From Gammaproteobacteria bacterium (GTDB lineage: Bacteria; Pseudomonadota; Gammaproteobacteria; Eutrophobiales; Eutrophobiaceae), in assembly GCA_965243205.1 (NCBI GenBank), contig CBDEUK010000002.1:2240001-2304000 (forward strand): 64,000 nt of DNA, in the 5' to 3' direction. Made by a program: the position numbers and the translations under genes. Shown here one piece after another: positions 20,499-30,171 of the stretch; the first letter of the stretch is position 1, and the number at the start of each line of letters is the position of its first letter. Under the pieces are notes generated by a model, which was given only the letters and a program-made list of their open reading frames with translations, was not told the DNA's origin and did no database searches.

Positions 20499-20864
20499 AT
20501 GCCATTAGTAAACATTTCAATATTAAAAGGAAAATCACCTGAATATATTAAAGCCGTAACTGATGGGGTTAATTCCGCTGTGATTGAAACAATGGGCTTT
20601 CCTGATGATGATCGCTATCAGATTGTGCATGAAGTAGAGCCGCATTGTTTGCAGCTACAAGAAAGGGAAGGTGATCGAGTGATGATGTTTTTAATTATGC
20701 GTGCTGGTCGTTCTAATAAATCCAAACAAGCCTTTTATAAAAAGTGTGTTGAAAATTTAGCGAAGGATCCAGGCATTGATCCCGCGAATGTATTAATCAG
20801 TATTGTTGAAAACCACGATATAGATTGGTCATTCCGTGACGGCATCGCTCAATTTGTCGTTTAA
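20499..20864 (+). CDS. tautomerase family protein (MSAD-like)
   Basis: Pro-1 (MPLV), DDRYQI, GRS..SK and WSF..G motifs. Confidence 0.85.
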   Translation: MPLVNISILKGKSPEYIKAVTDGVNSAVIETMGFPDDDRYQIVHEVEPHCLQLQEREGDRVMMFLIMRAGRSNKSKQAFYKKCVENLAKDPGIDPANVLISIVENHDIDWSFRDGIAQFVV

Positions 20865-20894
20865 AAATTTATCGTAAAATATCTTTTCTATCGA

Positions 20895-22928
20895 TTAGAA
20901 AAGATATTTAACTTGAAAACGTAACATTCTTGGCTCAATTGGATGGAAGTGTCTATCTTCAATACCTGCTGCAGGCTCTCCGTTTAAACGAGAAGCATAA
21001 AAGTATTCGATATCACTATCATTGCTGTCGAATATATTTAATACATCTAATCCAAACTGCCAATTATCCGGTTTGTAATCAACACCAAGATTTACCACGG
21101 TAAGTGGATCGGATTCTACTTGACCAAAACTATCCAATGGCCGTTCACCAAAGTGTCTTACGCGCACGGTAGTACTCCAATCAGTGTACGGAGACCAAGT
21201 GAAACCAGTACTTAGCACGAATGGTAAGGAACCTTGAATTTCATTACCTTCACCCACAGCATCTTCAGAAAATTCTGACTCAGTCCAAGCGAGTTCAAAA
21301 TCCACACTGAAATCTTTACCTAACCAATAATACGCAGCTAATTCAAGACCATAACGTTCTGAGGAGCGACTGGCTTCGGTATTACCCGCATCACCGACAA
21401 ATAATAATTCAGAATCCAATTGTAAGTACCATAATGCAAGAGAGATATTGAAATGATTCGGATCGAAATAACGGATACCGATTTCTGTTCCTTCCCCACG
21501 AACTAATAAATCAACAGGATCGGTTGGATTACCTGAGCTTGGATCAACTGAGATCGTAGAACCACGTGCGTCGTTAGAATGAAATGATTGGCCCGCGTTG
21601 AAGTAAGTTTCCCAATCTTCGTCAATGGTGTAGCGCAAGCCAGCATTGAAACTGACTAAACTATCATCTGCATCACCACTATTCGCAGCCAAGTTACTAT
21701 CGACTTCTGCAGAGAGATAATCGTAACGCACACCTATTGTTGAAGCTAACTTCTGGGTTAGAGCAATTTCAGTTTCCCAAAACAAGCCAACCGAATATTC
21801 ATCAACACTATCTTGTCTAACAGTACTTAAGCGTTGGCGATTTCGTGTGCGATTTAAAGCAACTTCGTCAATTTCATCATAACGAAATTGAACACCGTAA
21901 TAATGTTGAACAGGTAAGTTTAATAGTGAATGATTCATGTAATGACTGACATCACCACCGTAGATCATACGATCATCTACTTGCTCGAATTGGTCACCAT
22001 TCACAGGGTCGTCTAAGAAATAGGTAAAGTTTGAAAATAGATCTAATTGAGAGTGAATGGCATAAGCATTAACTGTCCAGCCTGAATATTGCCAACTACC
22101 AGATACACTGTAACGTTCAGAATCACCACCAACGGTAGTATCAAGTGAACCTAATTCTGAGATTAATCCGCTATCAACCGCACGTTGAGGAATTTGATCT
22201 GCAGAATTCCATTCATTGTTGTACGCCATAAAGGTTAAAGAAAGTTTGCCTTTGGACAGAGATTTATTCCACCGCGCTAAACCATTAAATTTTTTCACGC
22301 CTTCTTCGATATCATCCCAAGGACCATCATAGAAATGCGACTCTATGCCAAGTAACAATTCACTATCTTCTAATTCAAAACTCTTTCCCGCCACATTACG
22401 AAAAAAATTATATTCACCAATTTCTGATGATATAAATGCATTATCTAGCCTGTTCATTAAAAAGAAATCAGCAGCACCGGCTGTTGAGAAGTCTCCATTC
22501 TCACTGTGGTAAGGTCCTTTTTGATAATCAATGCGATCTATGAATTCGGGAATAATAAAATTAAGGTCGGTATAGCCTTGACCATGACCATGTGTACGCA
22601 TATTAATCGGCATCCCATCAATGGTGGTTCTAAAATCAGTTCCATGATCTAAATTAAACCCACGTAAAAAATACTGATTGGCTTTGCCAGAACCACTGTG
22701 TTGGGTCACTACCATGCCAGGAATAAACTCTAATATTTCGCCAGAACGTAACAAGGGCCGATTTTCAATTTCATTACGACCAATGATGCCCTCTGACGCT
22801 GTAACCGCTTCTCCAATTAAATTAGTTTCATGACCCACAATCACAACTTCATCCAACTCCGCTGAGTGAGCGTGTACATTACTTGATATGCAAGTTGTAG
22901 TGACCAATAACATGGCTTTTTTAATCAT
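20895..22928 (-). CDS. TonB-dependent receptor with a His-rich plug, probably for a transition metal
   Basis: QHSGSGKANQYFLRGFNLDHGTD and THGHGQGY plug motifs, HFHPIEPR, terminal Phe. Confidence 0.9.
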   Translation of the reverse strand: MIKKAMLLVTTTCISSNVHAHSAELDEVVIVGHETNLIGEAVTASEGIIGRNEIENRPLLRSGEILEFIPGMVVTQHSGSGKANQYFLRGFNLDHGTDFRTTIDGMPINMRTHGHGQGYTDLNFIIPEFIDRIDYQKGPYHSENGDFSTAGAADFFLMNRLDNAFISSEIGEYNFFRNVAGKSFELEDSELLLGIESHFYDGPWDDIEEGVKKFNGLARWNKSLSKGKLSLTFMAYNNEWNSADQIPQRAVDSGLISELGSLDTTVGGDSERYSVSGSWQYSGWTVNAYAIHSQLDLFSNFTYFLDDPVNGDQFEQVDDRMIYGGDVSHYMNHSLLNLPVQHYYGVQFRYDEIDEVALNRTRNRQRLSTVRQDSVDEYSVGLFWETEIALTQKLASTIGVRYDYLSAEVDSNLAANSGDADDSLVSFNAGLRYTIDEDWETYFNAGQSFHSNDARGSTISVDPSSGNPTDPVDLLVRGEGTEIGIRYFDPNHFNISLALWYLQLDSELLFVGDAGNTEASRSSERYGLELAAYYWLGKDFSVDFELAWTESEFSEDAVGEGNEIQGSLPFVLSTGFTWSPYTDWSTTVRVRHFGERPLDSFGQVESDPLTVVNLGVDYKPDNWQFGLDVLNIFDSNDSDIEYFYASRLNGEPAAGIEDRHFHPIEPRMLRFQVKYLF

Positions 22929-22997
22929 TTATATACACCTTTAAAAATTTTGATTCTCGTAATTTGACATGTGTTTACATATGTTAGGGTTTACCAT

Positions 22998-23026
22998 ATG
23001 CAAATAATAATTGTTTTCATTTGCAT
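22998..23026. promoter_or_regulatory. Fur-family-like box inside the inverted repeat ATGCAAAT-N13-ATTTGCAT
   Basis: Minus-strand AATGAAAACAATTATT resembles the Fur core AATGATAATCATTATC (12/16). Confidence 0.5.
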
Positions 23027-23050
23027 TTGGGGTATATTAAACGAGAAAAA

Positions 23051-23073
23051 AAAACCGACAATACATCGGTTTT
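23051..23073. promoter_or_regulatory. inverted repeat, candidate operator of the BlaI-family regulator
   Basis: AAAACCGA-N7-TCGGTTTT about 35 bp upstream of the BlaI-like gene. Confidence 0.5.
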
Positions 23074-23107
23074 ATTGGGTTTTATTCATAGCCATAAACG
23101 GTAATTC

Positions 23108-23497
23108 ATGTCGTATAAACAACTACAACTTGGTGAAAGAGAAATCTCAGTATTAGAGATTTTATGGCGTGATGGTATGCACAGCGCTAAGTCGGTGCGT
23201 GAGAAACTTGCAGAAAATACTGACCTTGCCTTAAGTACCGTACAATCTACTCTGGAGCGTCTTTATAAAAAAGGGATTCTGATTCGTGAGAAAAAAAGTC
23301 ACGCGTATGTATACGAATGTAATATCAGTCGACGTGAGTTGTTAGGAGATTTATTAGACGATGTTATAGGGCAACTTAATAATGGACACCACGAGCCTGT
23401 GCTTTCCAGTTTTATCGATTATGCTGAACGTCTTGATGAAAATTCATTAAACGATTTAGAGCGGTTAATTCAAAAGCGTATAGAGGAACGAAAATAG
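23108..23497 (+). CDS. BlaI/MecI/CopY-family transcriptional repressor
   Basis: LGEREI.VLEILW and LSTVQSTLERLYKKG motifs. Confidence 0.9.
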   Translation: MSYKQLQLGEREISVLEILWRDGMHSAKSVREKLAENTDLALSTVQSTLERLYKKGILIREKKSHAYVYECNISRRELLGDLLDDVIGQLNNGHHEPVLSSFIDYAERLDENSLNDLERLIQKRIEERK

Positions 23498-23499
23498 TC

Positions 23500-24444
23500 A
23501 TGGGAGTTTATACACATCTCGCTATTTATTGCGTTAGCTTTATGCTTTTGTTTGTAATCCTATCTATGGTCGCCTTATCTTTAAATCATAGTGTTATCCG
23601 ATCGATAGAAGACATTGTGCCTGAACAACGTGTAAAAATATTAGGCGTTTTTGCGTTTTCACCATTGTTAATTAGCTCCATGACTTCCAGCTTTTTGTTT
23701 TCACCTATTGGCAATCAACTGATCGATACACATTGTCATCTGGATGAATGTGGGCGACACATACCATTCACATCAACTGAAACCTGGTTATTTTCTATAG
23801 CGCCTATTTCCATACTACTTGGTTTAATGGTGATGTTTTTGATGATTAAATTACTGCGTCAACATTGGCAACAATCCCGTTTATGGCGAAAATTTTCCAG
23901 TAACAATGGTGGATATTATTTAATTGATCATGAATCACCAGTTGCTTTTACATTAGGATTGTTCAAACCTGATATTTATATTTCCAAAGGCTTAGTTGAC
24001 AACTTACAACAAGAAGATATTAATGTTGTTATTCAACATGAAACAGCACATATAAAAAGACATGATAATTTCTTTCGTTTAGTCGTTTCGATGAGTACCG
24101 TTCTCTTTTTTAAAAATGCTCGTGCTCATTTAATAGAACAATTTAACCTCGCACAAGAAATGGCATGCGATAATTACGCTGCAAAAAAAGTTAAAGACAA
24201 GCTCACAGTTGCTCAAACACTATTAAAAGTGAACCGTTGCGTGGTGGCCGATGACAATATTGCATTGTGCGGCATTAAAGGCGACGGTACTAAGATTGAA
24301 CAACGTATAAGGGCCTTATTAGATTCGGATAACTTCATGGTTCCTGCTTTTCTATTACCATTACTATTGACTGCAGTATTTTTAATTCCATCTCTTTTAA
24401 CCGATCCTGTTCATCATATTATTGAACACCTACTTCGCATCTAA
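23500..24444 (+). CDS. M56 (BlaR1-like) membrane metallopeptidase without a penicillin-binding domain
   Basis: AFTLGLFKP, HETAH (HExxH), E.ACD and RI motifs; transmembrane segments. Confidence 0.9.
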   Translation: MGVYTHLAIYCVSFMLLFVILSMVALSLNHSVIRSIEDIVPEQRVKILGVFAFSPLLISSMTSSFLFSPIGNQLIDTHCHLDECGRHIPFTSTETWLFSIAPISILLGLMVMFLMIKLLRQHWQQSRLWRKFSSNNGGYYLIDHESPVAFTLGLFKPDIYISKGLVDNLQQEDINVVIQHETAHIKRHDNFFRLVVSMSTVLFFKNARAHLIEQFNLAQEMACDNYAAKKVKDKLTVAQTLLKVNRCVVADDNIALCGIKGDGTKIEQRIRALLDSDNFMVPAFLLPLLLTAVFLIPSLLTDPVHHIIEHLLRI

Positions 24445-24458
24445 TCTGCCTAATAGCT

Positions 24459-27400
24459 TTAGGCAGAAGCACCTGTCGTTCTTGATTGTCTGAACATTCC
24501 AAGTAATACAAAGAACAGCATTACTAAACCAGCAATAATAAGAATCCAATCATAAGGAGTTTCTGTTTCTTCCATTTCGTTTTGTTCTACTTTTTCCAAC
24601 TGTTGTCCTTCTACTTGTTGAGCACCTGAGCTTGGCGCTTCTGCACTAGCAGCTTGTGGGGCAGGGATGTTTAAATTCAATCCAAACCCAGTCGCTGATT
24701 GATTAATAAACTCGCGCAGTTTTTCATTATCAACATAATGATCAAACTCTTTCACGATTTCATCATAACGCTCAATCATTTTTTTAATGGTCGTTTCGTC
24801 AGCTTGCCAATATTCCTTACGTACAGCTTCAAGCATACGTTCTAACATTCTCGCTTGCGCATTTGGATTCACTTCTTCAAAGAATTTATCGATATCTAAT
24901 TCTAATGAATCTTCTATGTATACTTCGAAGAAGCTTTGCCATTGATCATCACGCACGATATTTGGATCCATGACTTGCCAACCCCAAAAATTATCAATGC
25001 GGGCGCTCATCTCTACTGCGCCACTATAACCTTCTTCCATCATCTCTGTTATCCAACGAGGATGAAAATTTCGAGTGCGTAATTCTTTTGCTAAGAATAT
25101 ATCAGCGGTTTCAGTTTTGACTTTATTTGGGTTACGTAAATTACTGATGACCATTTCAGGACTTTTGCCATCGATGCTTCTAACAGCTAATGATAAAGAA
25201 CCAAAATATTCAAAAGGGTCGTCAGTGCTTAACATGCCATAAAGATTAGATGAGCGTGAGTGCATAGCGATGTCAGTACCAGAAAGTTGTTTGGCAAATA
25301 GATTGACGTTTTCAACTTTTTTACCATAGCGTTCGTTATCAGAACCATAATAGCTGCCCATATTATTCATAAATAAATCGGCAATAACTTTATCGTCTTC
25401 CCATGTGTCACTAGCAAATGTAGCATCATCAGCGCCAGAACCATGTTTGCCAGGAGCATTAGAGAAGACGCGCACAGATGATAAGTATTCTGCTTCTTCT
25501 GCTTCAATACCTTCGGCTTTGAGTTCTTCAGCAATACGTTGACTATTACGCCAAACAGGGTTGCCTTCTTCTTTTAGTTTGGCAATCTTTTCAATTCCTT
25601 TTGCAAGGTATTGCATAATGTTAGGAAAGGCATCGCGGTATAAACCAGTAGCAGATAACACTACATCAACACGAGGACGTTTGAGTTCTGATGCAGGAAT
25701 GATTTCGGAATCTACGACTCGACCATCTGGCGACCAAATCGGTCGTAAACCTAAAGCTCTTAATGCTTGCGCTTCAGTAACACCATACTGGCGCATAGTT
25801 TCAATCGACCATAATGTAAAAGCTAATTTATCTGGGTATTCGCCATGTTTGGCGTAGTAATTTGCAATCGCTTCTTCAACTAATTCTTCACCTTGCTCAT
25901 AAGCGGCTTTCGTTGGAACTCGAGCTGGATCAAAACCGTATAAGTTATAGCCGGTTGGTATAGCATCCGCATTGCGTAGTGGATCACCACCATTGGTTAC
26001 TGGGATATATTTTCCATTTAGAAAAGCAATAGTATTATCCAATTCTTTCATCGCTAGAAGATTACGATAGTTCTGTCGGCCTTCTTCAATAAATGTTTTT
26101 AATTCATCTGATAATTTTTCAAATGCGACAGGAGGTTCATGTTGATGATTATGATCAGATTCATGTTCGTGATCATGAGAATGTTCATCTTCATGTTTAT
26201 GATCTCCATGATCATGGTCATGAGTTTTGTTCTCTTCTTTATCGATAGCAGCAACCACATAATCTCTTACAGTTTTAAATCCAGCGAGTTGAGATAAATC
26301 TGTTTGCTCTTCATGAAAGCCATGATCTGTATCTTTGCCATGCTCATGTTCATCATGAGAGTGATCCTGTTTACCATGATCATGGTCGTGTTCATCATGG
26401 TCACCATGACTATGAGAGCCGCCATGGGCGTTACCCTTATAGTATTTTTTCTCAAACTTAGCAGCTTCGCCAATAAAGTCAGAGCCTAACATTTGTACTA
26501 TTGTTGAAATGACTAATTCTTTACGTGGTAATTCACCGAATGAATGCAAACCGAGTGGTTGACTCATACCTGATAACTCACCCATATAATCATGTAATTG
26601 TTTTAAGAAAGCAGGAAAATCAGCATTGATTTGTTCTTTATTTAAATCTAAGTCATCACAAATATTATTTTCATAGCAGACCTTAACAATTTGTTCACCC
26701 GTTTTTGCTTTCACACCACCTTCAGCTAATGCATTGTATTCATGCATTAGGTTATGAATGTCAGCCAAGTCGCCTTGTAAACCTGAAGCAGCAAATGGAG
26801 GCGTCATGTGTGAGATAACAGTGGCACGACCGCGACGTTTGGTTTGCATAGCTTCACCAACATCATCAACAATAAAAGGATAAAGAATCGGTGTATCCCA
26901 TACCGCTAAGTTAGGATGATCATACATACCCGGCACGCGTTCTTTACCATATAAATATTCTTGCGAACCATGCGTTCCATAATGAATGATTGCATCACTG
27001 TTCCAATGTTCACGGGCATAGTAATAACCCGCTAAATAAAAATGGTTAATTGGAATTTCTTCATCATGGTAAATACGTTCAGCTTCTTCTTTGTTATCTG
27101 CTCTTGGAGGTTGGCGCATCACTAACATATTGCCGTTATGAATACGTGGGATCAGTAAATAGTGTTCGCCATCGCGCTCAACGGTCATAAAGCTGTCTTT
27201 TGGATGTCCCCAGTAATCCATGATTTTTTTCGTTATAGGTTCTGGTAAGTCATTAAACCATTTCATGTACTCATCTATAGGTAATAGCTCAGCGAGATCA
27301 TCTTTAAGTAACACATCAATATTTTCACCTAATCGATCATCACGATAAAATGGTTCTAAAATCGCTTTAGCGCGGTCGCTATAAAAATCGTATTCATAAG

Positions 27401-28661
27401 GTTCGATGTTATAGCCTTCGTTATTTAAACGATGGGCTAAGGTATGTAAACTATCAGGCACATTTAAAAACGAAGCTCCTATATCTTCTCCACCCCAAAC
27501 CATGACAGTGATTTTTTTGTCTGCATTCGCTTTGTATTTTAAACTCGCCATTCGCATAGCTTTGGTTATCATATGATCAAGTTGATAATCGATACTTTGC
27601 CAGTTTGCTTCATTACTATTGCCCGATATCTGCTGCACTTCTTCTTCAGACATCGTCGCAATCGTCAAAGGATCAATCACGCCAGCTGATTCAGGAAGTA
27701 CTAACATGAAAGAAGTCATCATTGGCGAAATGCCTTGTATATCATCTTCCCAAGCTTTTTGATCGCCATCAAAATAGGTTAGCGCTTGTAAAACAGGCAC
27801 ACCAAATTTTTCAAACTCAGCTTTACGTTTATTGGCCCAATGCAGTAAACGAAAATTGATGATGACATCGACAAGTGTTTTGTCATCTTTTTGTATTAAC
27901 AAACTATAGTCACTGGCAAATGGACTTAATTCGAAATAGAAAGGCCAAGCAATTGCACCTTGCTCTTCAATACGTTTAATGGTTGCATCTATTACCGATG
28001 TTTGTATGGTTTCAATGGATGCACGTTGGATCATTACTCCAATCACAGGTGTTTTACCATCGATTGTTTTACCTTGTTTTTCTAGCCAAGTGATATAGCT
28101 TTCTTTACTAGGAAAGATCAGGTTTTCATTCTTTGGATGATAGAGACCAATTTTTGGAAAAACGACTGGAGGTAATATCGCTTGCTGAGTATTGTTATCG
28201 AATACACGATAACGTAAAAAATTTAAAAGCCTAGCGAAGTTCTTTTTACCGCCATTTTCATAGTAGGCAATAATTTCATTTGCATAATTTTCTGACAAGC
28301 CATTCAGATAACCTTCTTCCGTTTTCATTGCCATAGTTTGAGTTGCTACTTTAGAAATATAAGGTAAGAACTTTGCAAAACTTTGTTTATTATCATGACG
28401 TGAAACACCATCAAAAATAACGAGACGATGTTTATTAAATTCTTCTAGAGCAGCTAGCTCATCAGTAAAGTCTGCTGCAGCTTTTTGTTGAACTTTAATT
28501 CCGTAATCTAATGAATCTTGTTTTAAGAGTTGTACTTTAGCAGTATTGCTGTGAGAACCACTGACAAATAATATTGAATCTTCTGCTAATAGATTTGAAG
28601 TTAATACTGTGAATAGTAAAACAGATTTAACAATAATACGGATCATTGAAGAACGTAACAT
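24459..28661 (-). CDS. CobN/Mg-chelatase H-like protein with signal peptide, His-rich inserts and C-terminal TM anchor (HmuS/BtuS-like)
   Basis: H.GTHG..E, GE..Q.KRRG, PTG.N.YGFDP, RPRVDVV..G.YRD and HPRWI..MM..GY.GA motifs. Confidence 0.9.
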   Translation of the reverse strand: MLRSSMIRIIVKSVLLFTVLTSNLLAEDSILFVSGSHSNTAKVQLLKQDSLDYGIKVQQKAAADFTDELAALEEFNKHRLVIFDGVSRHDNKQSFAKFLPYISKVATQTMAMKTEEGYLNGLSENYANEIIAYYENGGKKNFARLLNFLRYRVFDNNTQQAILPPVVFPKIGLYHPKNENLIFPSKESYITWLEKQGKTIDGKTPVIGVMIQRASIETIQTSVIDATIKRIEEQGAIAWPFYFELSPFASDYSLLIQKDDKTLVDVIINFRLLHWANKRKAEFEKFGVPVLQALTYFDGDQKAWEDDIQGISPMMTSFMLVLPESAGVIDPLTIATMSEEEVQQISGNSNEANWQSIDYQLDHMITKAMRMASLKYKANADKKITVMVWGGEDIGASFLNVPDSLHTLAHRLNNEGYNIEPYEYDFYSDRAKAILEPFYRDDRLGENIDVLLKDDLAELLPIDEYMKWFNDLPEPITKKIMDYWGHPKDSFMTVERDGEHYLLIPRIHNGNMLVMRQPPRADNKEEAERIYHDEEIPINHFYLAGYYYAREHWNSDAIIHYGTHGSQEYLYGKERVPGMYDHPNLAVWDTPILYPFIVDDVGEAMQTKRRGRATVISHMTPPFAASGLQGDLADIHNLMHEYNALAEGGVKAKTGEQIVKVCYENNICDDLDLNKEQINADFPAFLKQLHDYMGELSGMSQPLGLHSFGELPRKELVISTIVQMLGSDFIGEAAKFEKKYYKGNAHGGSHSHGDHDEHDHDHGKQDHSHDEHEHGKDTDHGFHEEQTDLSQLAGFKTVRDYVVAAIDKEENKTHDHDHGDHKHEDEHSHDHEHESDHNHQHEPPVAFEKLSDELKTFIEEGRQNYRNLLAMKELDNTIAFLNGKYIPVTNGGDPLRNADAIPTGYNLYGFDPARVPTKAAYEQGEELVEEAIANYYAKHGEYPDKLAFTLWSIETMRQYGVTEAQALRALGLRPIWSPDGRVVDSEIIPASELKRPRVDVVLSATGLYRDAFPNIMQYLAKGIEKIAKLKEEGNPVWRNSQRIAEELKAEGIEAEEAEYLSSVRVFSNAPGKHGSGADDATFASDTWEDDKVIADLFMNNMGSYYGSDNERYGKKVENVNLFAKQLSGTDIAMHSRSSNLYGMLSTDDPFEYFGSLSLAVRSIDGKSPEMVISNLRNPNKVKTETADIFLAKELRTRNFHPRWITEMMEEGYSGAVEMSARIDNFWGWQVMDPNIVRDDQWQSFFEVYIEDSLELDIDKFFEEVNPNAQARMLERMLEAVRKEYWQADETTIKKMIERYDEIVKEFDHYVDNEKLREFINQSATGFGLNLNIPAPQAASAEAPSSGAQQVEGQQLEKVEQNEMEETETPYDWILIIAGLVMLFFVLLGMFRQSRTTGASA

Positions 28662-28737
28662 CTGAAACAAACTCCTAGTAAAATAAATATCGCTGTGTTC
28701 AACAACGTATAATTAACAATATAAATATTTAAATTCT

Positions 28738-29055
28738 TTATTTTGATTCTGATTCGGGCACGTAAACGATAGAACCATCAGGCATTTTGTAAGCAACCCC
28801 TGCACGCACACCTTCACCAGTTCCAATCTCACCACTGCTTTTGTAGGTTTCTATTTTTTCACCCTCTTTAATAGTGAGTTCCATATTAGGTTGTCCCGCA
28901 TTTTTTATAACGGTGACGGTTTCATCTGTGAAAGGATTTAAAGGGTTCTGGGCGATAGAGATAAGTAGTGCCGCAATTAATACAAGAAATACATCCACTA
29001 AATTAATGACGGATAAAATAGGATTACTGGATTCGTCTTCATCGAGCAAACGCAT
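28738..29055 (-). CDS. DUF2149-family protein (HmuV-like)
   Basis: NP..SV.NL.DVFLV and G.G.R.G.AY...DG..VYVPE motifs. Confidence 0.85.
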   Translation of the reverse strand: MRLLDEDESSNPILSVINLVDVFLVLIAALLISIAQNPLNPFTDETVTVIKNAGQPNMELTIKEGEKIETYKSSGEIGTGEGVRAGVAYKMPDGSIVYVPESESK

Positions 29056-29057
29056 TT

Positions 29058-29618
29058 CTATACTCCTTGCTCTTTGCTTTTGTTTTCTGCTTTATCTAAA
29101 GTCTTAGTGACATCGACTAATTCAGACGCAAGCCATTTCTTTTTTATACTGGCAATCCAAAACGTTACTGAAGCGATAACGAGACCGAATATCACAGCAG
29201 AAAATGCAATGATGAGATTTTCACTGATGCCTTGAATATTACCGTTAGCTAGGCTTTTTAATGCAGGCCCCATTGGAATCATAGTGGCAATTAAACCTAA
29301 CATTGGTGCCAGTCGACTCACTGCGCGAACTCCTTCAAGTTCTTTCATCGCTGCGACATCTAATTCATCTTTATTAATAATTGATTGGCTCTTTGCTAAC
29401 GTTAAGATTGGGTAACCTTTTGGAATAGAATGATCAGAATCATCTAAATTAGAAAGCATAGATTTGTATTGAGTACTACCCGACTTACGTTGCCAAAATT
29501 GCATTATGAAACAGCCGGTCTGATAGCATGTATAGGCGAATAAAATCACCAAAAGTAAAAGCACAGGCATCATGAAATAACCCGAAACCTGATACATTAA
29601 GTGTTCTAAGTAATTCAT
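29058..29618 (-). CDS. MotA/TolQ/ExbB proton-channel family protein (HmuU-like)
   Basis: APMLGLIATMIPMGPAL..L..G motif. Confidence 0.85.
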   Translation of the reverse strand: MNYLEHLMYQVSGYFMMPVLLLLVILFAYTCYQTGCFIMQFWQRKSGSTQYKSMLSNLDDSDHSIPKGYPILTLAKSQSIINKDELDVAAMKELEGVRAVSRLAPMLGLIATMIPMGPALKSLANGNIQGISENLIIAFSAVIFGLVIASVTFWIASIKKKWLASELVDVTKTLDKAENKSKEQGV

Positions 29619-29638
29619 AATGTAGGGTTGGTTATTGT

Positions 29639-29902
29639 TTAGTGAATTGAATGGTTTTTACTATTTTTGCAATAGGAAAAATTTTCGTGGGCATTTTTTA
29701 CTTTAGTTAGCCAGAACATCTTGCTTTGCTCTATTGCTACTTTTACTCCATTGTTTTTCTCATAGCTCGGGTGCTGCTGAATAAGATCAAATAGATGCAG
29801 CAAAGTCATGATCTGAGTTTCATGTGGCGATTGTATGTAATTTGTCGTCAATCGAAGTATTGAGGACATCAAGTCCGTTATTTCTACTGGGTTTTCTTGC
29901 AT
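29639..29902 (-). CDS. small hypothetical protein heading the CobN-like operon
   Basis: 87-aa ORF co-oriented with and 20 bp before the MotA-like gene, downstream of Fur-like boxes. Confidence 0.6.
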   Translation of the reverse strand: MQENPVEITDLMSSILRLTTNYIQSPHETQIMTLLHLFDLIQQHPSYEKNNGVKVAIEQSKMFWLTKVKNAHENFSYCKNSKNHSIH

Positions 29903-29949
29903 AAGGAATTATCAAAATTTGAGTTGTTTTATGTAATAGATTATAAATA

Positions 29950-29987
29950 GAAATAATTCTTATTTGCAAATAATAATGATTTTTATT
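29950..29987. promoter_or_regulatory. tandem Fur-like boxes
   Basis: AATAATAATGATTTTTATT (13/19 to the Fur consensus) plus the adjacent GAAATAATTCTTATTTGC. Confidence 0.6.
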
Positions 29988-30171
29988 AATATCTTTATTG
30001 TCATTTGATTGACAACACATGCTTTAGTCGGATGGAGAGGGCATCTTTTAAAAGCATGAAGTTCATTTATATAGAATGGCCAATATGTACGGAAAGACGT
30101 ATTTCGTCTTCAGGCGCTCCTAAATTACGGTCAGTTCGTAAATTTAATACGTAATTTTTGAGGATAAGAAT

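Noticed and set aside
22971-23156. 61-aa ORF overlapping the blaI-like start
   Set aside because: Spans promoter/operator elements and overlaps a real gene in another frame.
29990-30171. Cobalamin riboswitch near the CobN-like operon
   Set aside because: No B12-box or GGGAA/GCCCCCGC/ACTGT elements were recognised; Fur-like boxes explain the region better.
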